NCBI GenBank assembly: GCA_018969385.1
Contig: JAGWYL010000002.1
Location: 289 to 64,288 of the forward strand
From: Patescibacteria group bacterium
Lineage (GTDB): Bacteria; Patescibacteriota; Minisyncoccia; Phycocordibacterales; Phycocordibacteraceae
Direction of reading: 5' to 3'
Length of the DNA: 64,000 nt
Shown here: in pieces, positions 7,682 through 15,939 of the stretch
Numbering within the stretch: position 1 is the first letter of the stretch
Layout: each line of letters opens with the position of its first letter
Notes under the pieces: model-generated
Database searches by the model: none
The model's input: only the letters and a program-made list of their open reading frames with translations
Told to the model about the DNA's origin: nothing
Program-made: the position numbers and the translations under genes

Positions 7682-8338
7682 TCAATCGAAGTCGTCGAGG
7701 CCGATGACCTCGAGATTCCCGACGTCGGATTCCTCGCCATCACCGATTGCGAATCGGAACCCGTCGGTCTCGCCGAGAATCGTATACTCGATCGTATGGC
7801 CTTCAATCGAACCCGGGAATCCTCCGGCGAAGAGTACCATCGCTGGAATCAGGCTGCCGTGGCCGACAACGAGGATTTCGGTGCTCTCGTCGGGAAGCTT
7901 TGCGAGCTCCCTGAAGAGCGCATCCGCCGCATACAACCCGTAGCAGTTGAGCGCGGCTTTGAAAGCCGGATCTTTACAGTAGGTCGCAAGCGACGCGACG
8001 CCGTATTTCACGTACGCGTCGTCGAGCGTCTTGCCGAGCGTGGTAGACGGGTCGACGATGCCGAACGCGTCGACGCGGATGATATGCGTCTCGCTGATGC
8101 CGCTCACATATGATGCCGTCTGAACGGCGCGTTTGGCAGGCGACGCGAAGGCCGCGTGATACTTCGGCGACAAAAGCGCCTCCCGGCGGTCGGTCGATTG
8201 CCTCGCGCCGAGGAAAGACATGCTGCGAGCGTTATCCATCTCGTATGCGCTCATCCTTTCGGAGAGCGCCTTTTTCAGTTCTTCCGTCAGCGTGACGGCA
8301 TTTGCATGCCGCAGCGCGGTAATGCGACGTGTTGTCAT
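7682..8338 (-). CDS. histidine phosphatase family protein (phosphoglycerate mutase-like / SixA-like)
   Basis: N-terminal RHANA variant of the RHG motif and C-terminal VVGHGSLI. Start moved to the internal ATG (MTTRRITALRH) at 8338. Confidence 0.75.
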   Translation of the reverse strand: MTTRRITALRHANAVTLTEELKKALSERMSAYEMDNARSMSFLGARQSTDRREALLSPKYHAAFASPAKRAVQTASYVSGISETHIIRVDAFGIVDPSTTLGKTLDDAYVKYGVASLATYCKDPAFKAALNCYGLYAADALFRELAKLPDESTEILVVGHGSLIPAMVLFAGGFPGSIEGHTIEYTILGETDGFRFAIGDGEESDVGNLEVIGLDDFD

Positions 8339-8471
8339 CGGAACACTCCATATGTCAGAGGGCGCGCCGCGCCCGTTCGTCCCTACGGCCCCAGCGGCTT
8401 TCGGTCTGATTTCAACATAGCACGAAAAATTGGTATTGTCAAAATAGGGCGGAAATGCTAGCGTTTGCCGC

Positions 8472-10538
8472 ATGGAACTCATCCGTTCGTTCGCACGGAT
8501 TGGGAAGGATGATGCCGCTCTCGCCGGCGGGAAGGGCGCGTCCTTGGGAGAGATGACACGGGTCGGCATACCGGTGCCGCCCGGATTTGTCATCCTCGCG
8601 GGCGCGTTCGAGCGGTTCATCGAGGAGACGGATGTCAATGTGGAAATAGACGCGCTCCTTAGCACCGTGGATACGCGAGACATGCACACGGTGGAAGAAG
8701 CGTCCGGCAAGATTCAGTCGCTCATCCAGCAAGCGACGATGCCCGAAGACATCCGCACGGCAATCATGCAGAGCTTCACGGAGCTCGGCGCGGAATTCGT
8801 CGCGGTACGCTCAAGCGCGACCGCAGAGGACAGCGCGTCGGACGCGTGGGCCGGCCAGCTCGACACGTACCTCAACACCACGGAAGCGGATGTGGTCGCG
8901 AACGTGCAGCGGTGCTGGGCGTCCCTCTTCACGCCGCGCGCCATCTTCTATCGTTTCGAGAAGGGACTCGACGCGACGAAGATATCGGTGGCGGTCGTCG
9001 TGCAGAAGATGGTGCAGTCGGACGCAGCCGGCATCGCATTCTCCGTGCATCCGGTTACGGAGGATTACAACCAGCTCATCATCGAAGGCGGCTGGGGACT
9101 CGGCGAAGCAGTCGTTTCCGGACAGATAACGCCGGACTCGTACGTGGTCACGAAAGAACCGCGCGTCATCATCGACAAGAACATCTCCGAACAAGGTCGC
9201 GGACTGTTCCGCAAGGAAGGGGGCGGAAACGAATGGAAAGAGCTCGGCGCGAAAGGGAACGAGCAGGTGCTCTCTGACGAACAGATTCTCGCGCTTGCCG
9301 ATATCGTCATCGGCATCGAAGGGCACTACGGTTTCCCGGTGGATGTCGAATGGGCGATGGAGGACGGTACGTTCTACATAACGCAGAGCCGGCCCATCAC
9401 CACGCTCACCCCGCCGGTCGCGAAGGAGCCGCCCGATGGTGAAGAAGAACGCGCGAAAAGTGATTCTGAATCATCAACGGAGCGCGGAAACACAGCCGCA
9501 TACGTGAGAGAGATTAAAGCGCTCGATTGGTACCAGGACTGGTCCGGCCTCTATTCGCAGATAGAAGCATCGCTCGACGCCGACGCGTACTTCGGTCATT
9601 TTGAGAACGCGTGCGGCATGCAGTTCTCTCACGCGCTCGTGACTCTCATCGGGGAGACGGCTATCGGGTGGCTTCCGACGAGCGAAGGGGAAGCGATAGG
9701 TGCGCACCTCGTGCGCAAGCTTCAAGAGCCCGCGTTCTTGAAAGAGTGGACGGAGAATTTCCGCAACTATTTCGATCAGGTCAGCGCATTCCTGAAACTG
9801 CCTCGAGAAGAGCTCCTCGCCCGTTACCGGGAATATGCAGACTTATATCCGCAACTGGCTCCCTATACCATCGGCACGAAGCTTGCGTTCAATGCGCTCC
9901 CGCTCGGAAGCGAGCCTATAGCGGCGGAACTGGAGAAGGTCAGGAAATATACGGAACGAATCTATAAGGATTCGGCACTCATGACGAGCGAGCTTTGTCG
10001 CACCATAGCGGAGCGTAGCGGGTATCCGACGGGTGCGGTCCGTACGCTGACGGTCGACGAGATTTCACGATACGGGACGAACGGCACGCTTCCTTCGCAA
10101 TCTACGCTCGAAGCGCGCGCACTAGCCGGTGCCGTGTATCTCATGCCGGGCAAGAGCGTTCTTCTCTCTCGCGACGAAACTGAAGACATCCTCGCGTCAT
10201 TTACGTCCGGCGTGATGAAGGACGGCGCGCTTGTCGGGACGTCCGCGCATCCGGGTATCGTGCAGGGCACGTGCCGCATCGTCTTCGATTTTCGGGACGC
10301 GGTCATGCACGACGGCGACATCCTGGTCACGCCCATGACCAATCCGTACTTCGTCCCGCTCATGAAGAAAGCGGGCGCCATCGTCACGGACGGTGGCGGG
10401 ATGCTCTCGCACGCGGCAATCGTCGCGCGGGAACTCGGCAAGCCCTGCATTATCGGCACGAAGGTCGCGACGCAGGTACTCAAAGACGGCGACATGGTGG
10501 AAGTGGATGCGGAGAAGGGGGTCGTACGGAAGGTATGA
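8472..10538 (+). CDS. PEP-utilizing enzyme: PpsA/rifampin-phosphotransferase-like ATP-grasp + central domain + swivel phospho-His domain, no PEP/pyruvate-binding TIM barrel
   Basis: N-terminal GGKGASLGEMTRVGIPVPPGF (PPDK_N ATP-grasp); C-terminal GGMLSHAAIVARELGKPCIIGT (mobile His domain). 688 aa, so no room for a C-terminal PEP-binding domain. Confidence 0.85.
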   Translation: MELIRSFARIGKDDAALAGGKGASLGEMTRVGIPVPPGFVILAGAFERFIEETDVNVEIDALLSTVDTRDMHTVEEASGKIQSLIQQATMPEDIRTAIMQSFTELGAEFVAVRSSATAEDSASDAWAGQLDTYLNTTEADVVANVQRCWASLFTPRAIFYRFEKGLDATKISVAVVVQKMVQSDAAGIAFSVHPVTEDYNQLIIEGGWGLGEAVVSGQITPDSYVVTKEPRVIIDKNISEQGRGLFRKEGGGNEWKELGAKGNEQVLSDEQILALADIVIGIEGHYGFPVDVEWAMEDGTFYITQSRPITTLTPPVAKEPPDGEEERAKSDSESSTERGNTAAYVREIKALDWYQDWSGLYSQIEASLDADAYFGHFENACGMQFSHALVTLIGETAIGWLPTSEGEAIGAHLVRKLQEPAFLKEWTENFRNYFDQVSAFLKLPREELLARYREYADLYPQLAPYTIGTKLAFNALPLGSEPIAAELEKVRKYTERIYKDSALMTSELCRTIAERSGYPTGAVRTLTVDEISRYGTNGTLPSQSTLEARALAGAVYLMPGKSVLLSRDETEDILASFTSGVMKDGALVGTSAHPGIVQGTCRIVFDFRDAVMHDGDILVTPMTNPYFVPLMKKAGAIVTDGGGMLSHAAIVARELGKPCIIGTKVATQVLKDGDMVEVDAEKGVVRKV

Positions 10539-11986
10539 AGCTGCGCGAACGAGTGGAGGCGGTGCAGGACTGGGCAATCCTTAACAGCAGCGGAGTGCCG
10601 TACATACTAGGCGTCGCGCTCCGTCAATTCACAGAAGAAGTACGGAAGCGCTATCCCGACAATACCGTCATGCCGATGTGCGGTGCGCATTTCACGAAAG
10701 CGGGTTCGGTCATCCAGTTCCTTGCAGCCGCAGAACCGTATGGCCGCTCCTTCGAGAAGATAATCGCTGAGCCGGAGATGCTCGCTCGCGCGTATGCGGA
10801 CTTCGAAGCAGCCGAAGAATCGCTTAAGGCGTTTGCTGTGAAGTCGCAAGAGGACGAAGAGTATCGCGAGTTCCAGTACCCGGCATTCATACGGGCGTAT
10901 GATGCTATGTACGCTTCCGGACTACTGGTCGACGGCACGCTCATTTCCGGAGAGAAGGTATTCTCGTCCGTCTTGGAGCGGTACCCGGCTCATGCGCAGG
11001 CACTCCGCTCTTTCGCGCAATCCGAAGGGCTTACATTCAATGCACGATATCGCCGTGCTGAGTTGCGCTTCGCGAAAGAGATTGAAGAGGGAAGCGTGAG
11101 TCAAGCCGAAGCCGCCGTCTCGCTCGCACGGGACTTCTACTGGATGCACAACAATTACAAGAACGTTTCGGCGCTGCCCGTCTCATTCTTCGCAGGACAG
11201 CTTGAGGAAGCGCGCAAAGAGTCATCGGATAGCCGTGACACGGAGCTTGCGGAACTTGATACGTATGCGGAGCATCGCGCCGCCTTATGTGCGTCGCTCC
11301 GGCGCGAAGCTGCTCTCTCAGACGCAGACTACGAGACGCTCACGTGGTTCGGACGCATCACCTGGTGGGTCGATAGGCGCAAGGAGTGCAACCTCATCGC
11401 GAATCACCTCATAGGTAAGCATCTCACCCGTGTAGCGGCACAGCACGACATTCCTTACGAGGACGCCGCTTTTCTTCTCCCGTGGGAACTGGAAGCCGTT
11501 TTCAGCGGCAAGCGTACGATTGACTCCTTCAATCTGTCTGCGCGAAGAGAGGAGAGCATATACTTCCACGACGAAGACGGCGAAGGATTCTTCGTCACTG
11601 GAACAGAGTCCAAGGAGCTTTGGCGTAAGATATCGCCGCCTGTCTCTTCCGAGGATGCGGAAATCAAGGGCACGGTAGCCCAAAAGGGCGTGGCGCGCGG
11701 CATCGCGCGTATCGTGCCGGTCGCGCACCATCCAGGCACGTTCAATTCTGGCGATATCCTCGTCACCGGCATGACGCGGCCGGATTTCCTCGGGCTCATG
11801 AAGAAGGCCGCCGCTTTCGTCACGGACGAAGGCGGCATAACCTGCCACGCCGCCATCGTCGCCCGCGAGATGAAGAAGCCGTGCGTCATCGGGACGAAGG
11901 TCGCGACGCAAGTCCTGAAGGACGGTGACCTCGTGGAAGTGGATGCGGAGAAGGGAGCCGTGCGCATCATCGAGCGTGCGGCATAA
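10535..11986 (+). CDS. PEP-utilizing swivel-domain protein, paralog 2 (distinct N-terminal region, no ATP-grasp)
   Basis: ATGA overlap with the upstream stop; C-terminal GGITCHAAIVAREMKKPCVIGTKVATQVLKDGDLVEVDAEKG is nearly identical to genes 1 and 3. Confidence 0.75.
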   Translation: MKLRERVEAVQDWAILNSSGVPYILGVALRQFTEEVRKRYPDNTVMPMCGAHFTKAGSVIQFLAAAEPYGRSFEKIIAEPEMLARAYADFEAAEESLKAFAVKSQEDEEYREFQYPAFIRAYDAMYASGLLVDGTLISGEKVFSSVLERYPAHAQALRSFAQSEGLTFNARYRRAELRFAKEIEEGSVSQAEAAVSLARDFYWMHNNYKNVSALPVSFFAGQLEEARKESSDSRDTELAELDTYAEHRAALCASLRREAALSDADYETLTWFGRITWWVDRRKECNLIANHLIGKHLTRVAAQHDIPYEDAAFLLPWELEAVFSGKRTIDSFNLSARREESIYFHDEDGEGFFVTGTESKELWRKISPPVSSEDAEIKGTVAQKGVARGIARIVPVAHHPGTFNSGDILVTGMTRPDFLGLMKKAAAFVTDEGGITCHAAIVAREMKKPCVIGTKVATQVLKDGDLVEVDAEKGAVRIIERAA

Positions 11987-11993
11987 TAGCTGT

Positions 11994-13010
11994 ATGGAAC
12001 CCATGCATCTGACGAAAGAATACGAACGCGATATATCCGTCGTACTCGAGGAATGGTGGACACGCGGATTCGTCGACCTCATTCCTAAGCGATACGGACT
12101 TACGAATCCGGACCAGCCGTACGTCGTCTTCTATTCGACAGGAGAGAATCTCCAGATATGGGAGCATAAAGCGGCGTTCGATCGGTTCAAGGATTGGCTC
12201 CTTGGGAAGAACCAGGAAAGCCCGGCCTTCCTTGAATCCGTTATCGCCGCGTACCGTCCTGTCGCAGAGAAGGCAGCGGCTCATTTCGCGCGCGGTGCAG
12301 AAACCGAGCTGGACGCGGTCAAGGAGTACGCCGAACTCGCGCGTGAGGGCATCATGCTTTTCTCGATTTGGTATTACAGCGGGTATGACGAGCGGACACC
12401 GGAGGAGGTCCGGAAACTCGCGATAGCGCTTCGCGCGACTGACGAATTCTTCGCGCGGAACGATAAGCACATAAAGGACTCGCTCATCGCCCGCGGCGTT
12501 CCTGCGGAGTACGCCGGACTCGTCTTCCATGAAGAGTTCATTAGTCCGCCGCCGCGCGAGGTGCTTGCTACGCGCGCGGGCGGCATGGTGTCCATAGATG
12601 GCGATGTGCGTTTCAATATGACACTTACGGATTTTGCGGCTGCGCATCCCGGATATTCGTTCGAAGGACTGCACGCAGCAGGCGCTCCGGTGACGGAACT
12701 CAAGGGACAGGTGGCGCAGAAAGGGAAGGTGAGAGGTGCCGTGCGCATCGTAAAGAACAAGCGGCAGATGGAGAACGTCGCGGAAGGGGATATCCTCGTC
12801 TCGCCCATGACCACGCCTGATTTTCTTCCTGCGATGAAGAAAGCGGCGGCATTCGTGACCGATGAAGGCGGCATCATGTGCCACGCCGCCATCGTCGCGC
12901 GCGAGATGAAGAAGCCGTGCGTGATAGGGACGAAAATCGCTACGCAGGTGTTGAAAGACGGCGATCTCGTGGAAGTGGATGCGGAGAAGGGAATCGTGCG
13001 GAAGCTCTAG
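11994..13010 (+). CDS. PEP-utilizing swivel-domain protein, paralog 3 (distinct N-terminal region, no ATP-grasp)
   Basis: C-terminal GGIMCHAAIVAREMKKPCVIGTKIATQVLKDGDLVEVDAEKG; start at internal ATG (MEPMHL) 8 nt after the gene-2 stop. Confidence 0.75.
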   Translation: MEPMHLTKEYERDISVVLEEWWTRGFVDLIPKRYGLTNPDQPYVVFYSTGENLQIWEHKAAFDRFKDWLLGKNQESPAFLESVIAAYRPVAEKAAAHFARGAETELDAVKEYAELAREGIMLFSIWYYSGYDERTPEEVRKLAIALRATDEFFARNDKHIKDSLIARGVPAEYAGLVFHEEFISPPPREVLATRAGGMVSIDGDVRFNMTLTDFAAAHPGYSFEGLHAAGAPVTELKGQVAQKGKVRGAVRIVKNKRQMENVAEGDILVSPMTTPDFLPAMKKAAAFVTDEGGIMCHAAIVAREMKKPCVIGTKIATQVLKDGDLVEVDAEKGIVRKL

Positions 13011-13119
13011 GATGTCGCGACGCCTCCTTTCCTTAGTAGTTTTTGCATCGTAGTTTCGCGTTTCCCATCAGGCTGGATGCCTAGGCGGTAGCGCGGGCGA
13101 AAGTGGTACACTGGCAGGC

Positions 13120-13476
13120 ATGGAGATCCTGGTGACGCGCGAGCCGACTGATGAGAAGACGCTTCGCGCGCTCGCGGATGCGTGGTTCGGCGACATGGTG
13201 AAGGGCGCGATAGACATCGCGCGCGGCACCCTTGCGCTCGGCGGCGACTGGCACATGGATGCGAACGTAAAGCTCATAGAGGACGGCTCGTCGCAGGAGG
13301 ACGTATGGGGATTCAACGTCTATCCGGAGAAGCGCGGCGATGACGCCATCGAATACATATCGCTCATCAACATCCGTCCGCGGCAGGGGAATCGCGATAT
13401 GGAACTACAGGATCCGACCCTGCGCAGGAAGGTGCGGGAGACGGTCGCGCACGCGATACCCTTCCTCGGCCTATGA
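13120..13476 (+). CDS. hypothetical protein
   Basis: 118-aa ORF in the same orientation as neighbours; compact soluble-looking composition; no motif recognised. Confidence 0.5.
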   Translation: MEILVTREPTDEKTLRALADAWFGDMVKGAIDIARGTLALGGDWHMDANVKLIEDGSSQEDVWGFNVYPEKRGDDAIEYISLINIRPRQGNRDMELQDPTLRRKVRETVAHAIPFLGL

Positions 13477-13754
13477 ATCGCGACGCGCGCTTTTATTTCA
13501 TGAATCTGTGCGCGGACGTCGCGCGCTCGACCGCCGCGGCCGAGCGCGGGGATGAAAACGCGCTTATCAATTCGCGCGCGCGGATAGGGAAGACGCTCGA
13601 ATACCTGCGCCGCGAAAAGAATCCGGCGGCGTATGAAGAAGGACTGCTGCTCGTGCGCGGTTTCGAGCTTGCTCGCGCATCCGGAGCGCTTCCATCTTTC
13701 GGTTCGAACATGAGCGTGCTCATGCGTCCGCTCTCGTCGCGCGAACTCGTTTGA
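13473..13754 (+). CDS. hypothetical protein
   Basis: 93-aa ORF with ATGA start/stop overlap to the upstream ORF (translational coupling). Confidence 0.4.
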   Translation: MNRDARFYFMNLCADVARSTAAAERGDENALINSRARIGKTLEYLRREKNPAAYEEGLLLVRGFELARASGALPSFGSNMSVLMRPLSSRELV

Positions 13755-13930
13755 ACGCGGGACGGATTTGCGAACGCAGCGAGTCGTTGCATACTTGTCG
13801 TATCGCCCGCCTCCCTTAGGGCGGACGAGGGATGATGCAGTGTCACGGTGCGGGACTATGCGCGCGGTGACGGGGTACTGGCACTCCCATCATCCGGCCA
13901 GGACAGGCCATAACGGTAAGGAGAAGGTCT

Positions 13931-14599
13931 TTGAAGATGATAGACGTGAACAAACTCCTTGTGACGGGACAGGTGCCCGCGTACCTGGTGGCGAAGTGGG
14001 AAGAGAGGTGGGGTGTGAACCCCACGGTCATCGCGGCGAAGGTTTTCCGGAATCAGCGCATCGTTGACCGGACGAACCTCATTGCGTTCGGCATTACGGG
14101 TGCGGTTCTTATGCTGACTATCCTCTATGGCACGGCGAAGCTCATCTGGTCCCACCTGTCGCCGGATGACGTGACGTACCTGATGGCGTCGGACCTCGCT
14201 GTCGTTTTCATCTGCGGGTCCGTGGGCATGACGGCAATGATGCGGTTCAAGACGCTGGACTTCGAGCTGTTTCCGCGTGAAGCATGCGGGTTCGACGTCC
14301 TCTACAGCTGGTTCGTCTCCGCAAGCGGAAAGACCGCAGAGGAGCTTGCGCCGCAGGACGGCACCCGGCTTCGCGCCATCGCGAAGCAGATACTCGTGGA
14401 CCTCGCGCTCATGGTACTCAAGGCGGAAGCCAAGACGAGAAGCGCGGACGGGAGCGAACCCGACACGAAGCTCAAAGAAGCCGAGGTCGCGTGTCGCCGC
14501 ACCTTCGACAAGGGTCTCATCGAGATGCAGCGTCTCTTGCCCATTGATGCGGACAAGAACGTCTACTACCGCGAAGCGAGAAAGCAATTCGCTTCGTGA
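13931..14599 (+). CDS. hypothetical membrane protein (2 TM), distant paralog of 14990..15625
   Basis: AAGGAG-like RBS upstream; two hydrophobic helices; C-terminal helical region with weak similarity (ELAPQDG..LRAIAKQILVDLA vs ELPKDSE..LRMLADKVLFDAA). Likely true start is the ATG (MIDVN) 6 nt downstream of the track TTG. Confidence 0.55.
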   Translation: MKMIDVNKLLVTGQVPAYLVAKWEERWGVNPTVIAAKVFRNQRIVDRTNLIAFGITGAVLMLTILYGTAKLIWSHLSPDDVTYLMASDLAVVFICGSVGMTAMMRFKTLDFELFPREACGFDVLYSWFVSASGKTAEELAPQDGTRLRAIAKQILVDLALMVLKAEAKTRSADGSEPDTKLKEAEVACRRTFDKGLIEMQRLLPIDADKNVYYREARKQFAS

Positions 14600-14613
14600 G
14601 CCCTCATAGGGCG

Positions 14614-14647
14614 GGGCGGACCATCAATGGCCCGCCTTTCTTTTTAT
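14614..14647 (+). terminator. intrinsic terminator (GC hairpin + TTTCTTTTT), near-identical to the one at 15646
   Basis: ggggcggaccatcaatggcccgcc followed by tttctttttatt, immediately after the stop at 14599. Confidence 0.6.
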
Positions 14648-14729
14648 TCCGAAGTCCGGCCGCGCGACTGAAAGAGCAGGGAAATTGCGGGCAAGATGTT
14701 AACGACTCACCGCGTTCGCAAATCCGTCC

Positions 14730-14764
14730 CATAACGCTAGGACATCGGATGTCCTAGCGTTATG
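14730..14764. repeat. 35-bp palindrome with TAGGACAT-N3-ATGTCCTA core
   Basis: cataacgctaggacat-cgg-atgtcctagcgttatg; same 19-bp core as in trmD (7196) and at 55283. Confidence 0.7.
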
Positions 14765-14827
14765 TCCTCACTGATTGCGCTCGCGCGTTCGCGGTCATGC
14801 GAGCAGGTAAGCGGCAAGGCACAGAAG

Positions 14828-14856
14828 TTGCGTCCGTGCTAATTTTATGGTATAGA
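14828..14856 (+). promoter_or_regulatory. candidate sigma70-like promoter for the 14990 gene
   Basis: -35 TTGCGT, 17-bp spacer, -10 TATAGA preceded by TGg (TGGTATAGA); then a structured leader (ccacctc...gaggtgg, ccgcagc...gctgcgg). Confidence 0.4.
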
Positions 14857-14989
14857 TTTTCCACCTCGTGTCTTGCCTTAGACAGAGGTGGATGTTGAAA
14901 GTTCCGCAGCTTCCTTGAAGCCTGCTGCGGATGAGGGTTGAATCCTCGATACGTCCGGCGGTTGAACGCCTATAGGCTTGGAGTGAACC

Positions 14990-15625
14990 TTGATGAAACT
15001 GAGATATCTCGTCCACTGTGCGGACAGACGGGAGATTCCCGAAACGCTCGAACTGAACTGGGCGAAACGTACCGGTTTCATGCCGGTGAAAGACGCTATC
15101 AGGCTCGAGCACGGCTGTGCGAACTACCGGCTCGTCGGCTATGTGCTCTGCTTCCTGCTTGCGACACAGCTCATCACGCTGTTCGGCCTGCGGCAAGAAG
15201 ATATGTATCTGTCTTCCGGCGTTGCTCACTTCATCGGCATATCCGTGGGAGTTCTCATCGCGAGCATCGTCTTAGCTTTCGTCTGGGGCTACGGCCGGAT
15301 AGCGGAAGTCGGCGACAAGGCGAGGTATGAAGACGCGAAAGCATTTGCCGCAGCGTTCGCTGCGTTCCTCGAGTGGACCTGCAAGTGGCCACAGGAGTTG
15401 CCGAAGGATTCCGAGGAACTCCGCATGCTTGCGGACAAAGTGCTCTTCGACGCTGCGGGACAGCTTCAGGAACACGAAGCGAGCGACCACACGGCAAAAG
15501 GCTACCTTGCGCACCACGGCGCGCTCCATGCGGAGTTCACGAAGCGGCACACGGCGCTCGTCATGATGGGGCTTGCCGTCCCAGACTGGTCTGACTATTT
15601 CAAGAGCGGCGCAAAGGCCGCGTAA
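14990..15625 (+). CDS. hypothetical membrane protein (2 TM), distant paralog of 13931..14599
   Basis: Same architecture (short N-terminal region, 2 TM, ~110-aa helical C-terminus) and weak sequence similarity to the upstream gene. Confidence 0.55.
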   Translation: MMKLRYLVHCADRREIPETLELNWAKRTGFMPVKDAIRLEHGCANYRLVGYVLCFLLATQLITLFGLRQEDMYLSSGVAHFIGISVGVLIASIVLAFVWGYGRIAEVGDKARYEDAKAFAAAFAAFLEWTCKWPQELPKDSEELRMLADKVLFDAAGQLQEHEASDHTAKGYLAHHGALHAEFTKRHTALVMMGLAVPDWSDYFKSGAKAA

Positions 15626-15645
15626 ACGGTTTCTTTCGCTTTTTT

Positions 15646-15680
15646 GGGGCGGACCAGCGATGGCCCGCCTTTCTTTTTGT
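15646..15680 (+). terminator. intrinsic terminator, near-identical copy of 14614..14647
   Basis: ggggcggaccagcgatggcccgcc followed by tttctttttgtt; 3 mismatches over 38 nt versus the copy after the upstream paralog. Confidence 0.6.
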
Positions 15681-15939
15681 TCCCAGCACCCTTGCCCACG
15701 CCGCTTGCGCATCGGCCCTTGGCCGTGAGCGTTGTCCACAACGCGGAAGCGGGTGTGGGGGCTTGCGCCTATGCACGGAGGCTGGTATCTTTAGGACTAC
15801 CAGAGCGGATTGAGTAACGGTGGGGCATCTGGGGGCCACATTTTAATTACCAAGAAGCGTCTCGATATGACGAGAGACGTCCTCCGTACCTGCGCGGAGC
15901 TTTCGTTATTTTCCGACCTTCTCTAAGGACCTTTCCTCT

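Noticed and set aside
8339-8471. Structured ncRNA in the divergent gap between the histidine phosphatase and the first PEP-utilizing gene
   Set aside because: Only weak promoter-like hexamers (TTGTCA...TAGCGT); no conserved hairpins or repeats.
13856-14587. 243-aa minus-strand ORF overlapping the 13931..14599 plus-strand gene
   Set aside because: The plus-strand ORF has an RBS, TM helices, a downstream terminator and paralogy to the next gene. The minus ORF is Arg/Glu-rich low complexity.
14920-14950. tRNA T-loop-like string gggttgaatcctcg
   Set aside because: Lacks the TTC of a T-loop, and no acceptor/D/anticodon arms can be built around it. I found no convincing tRNA or rRNA anywhere in the window.
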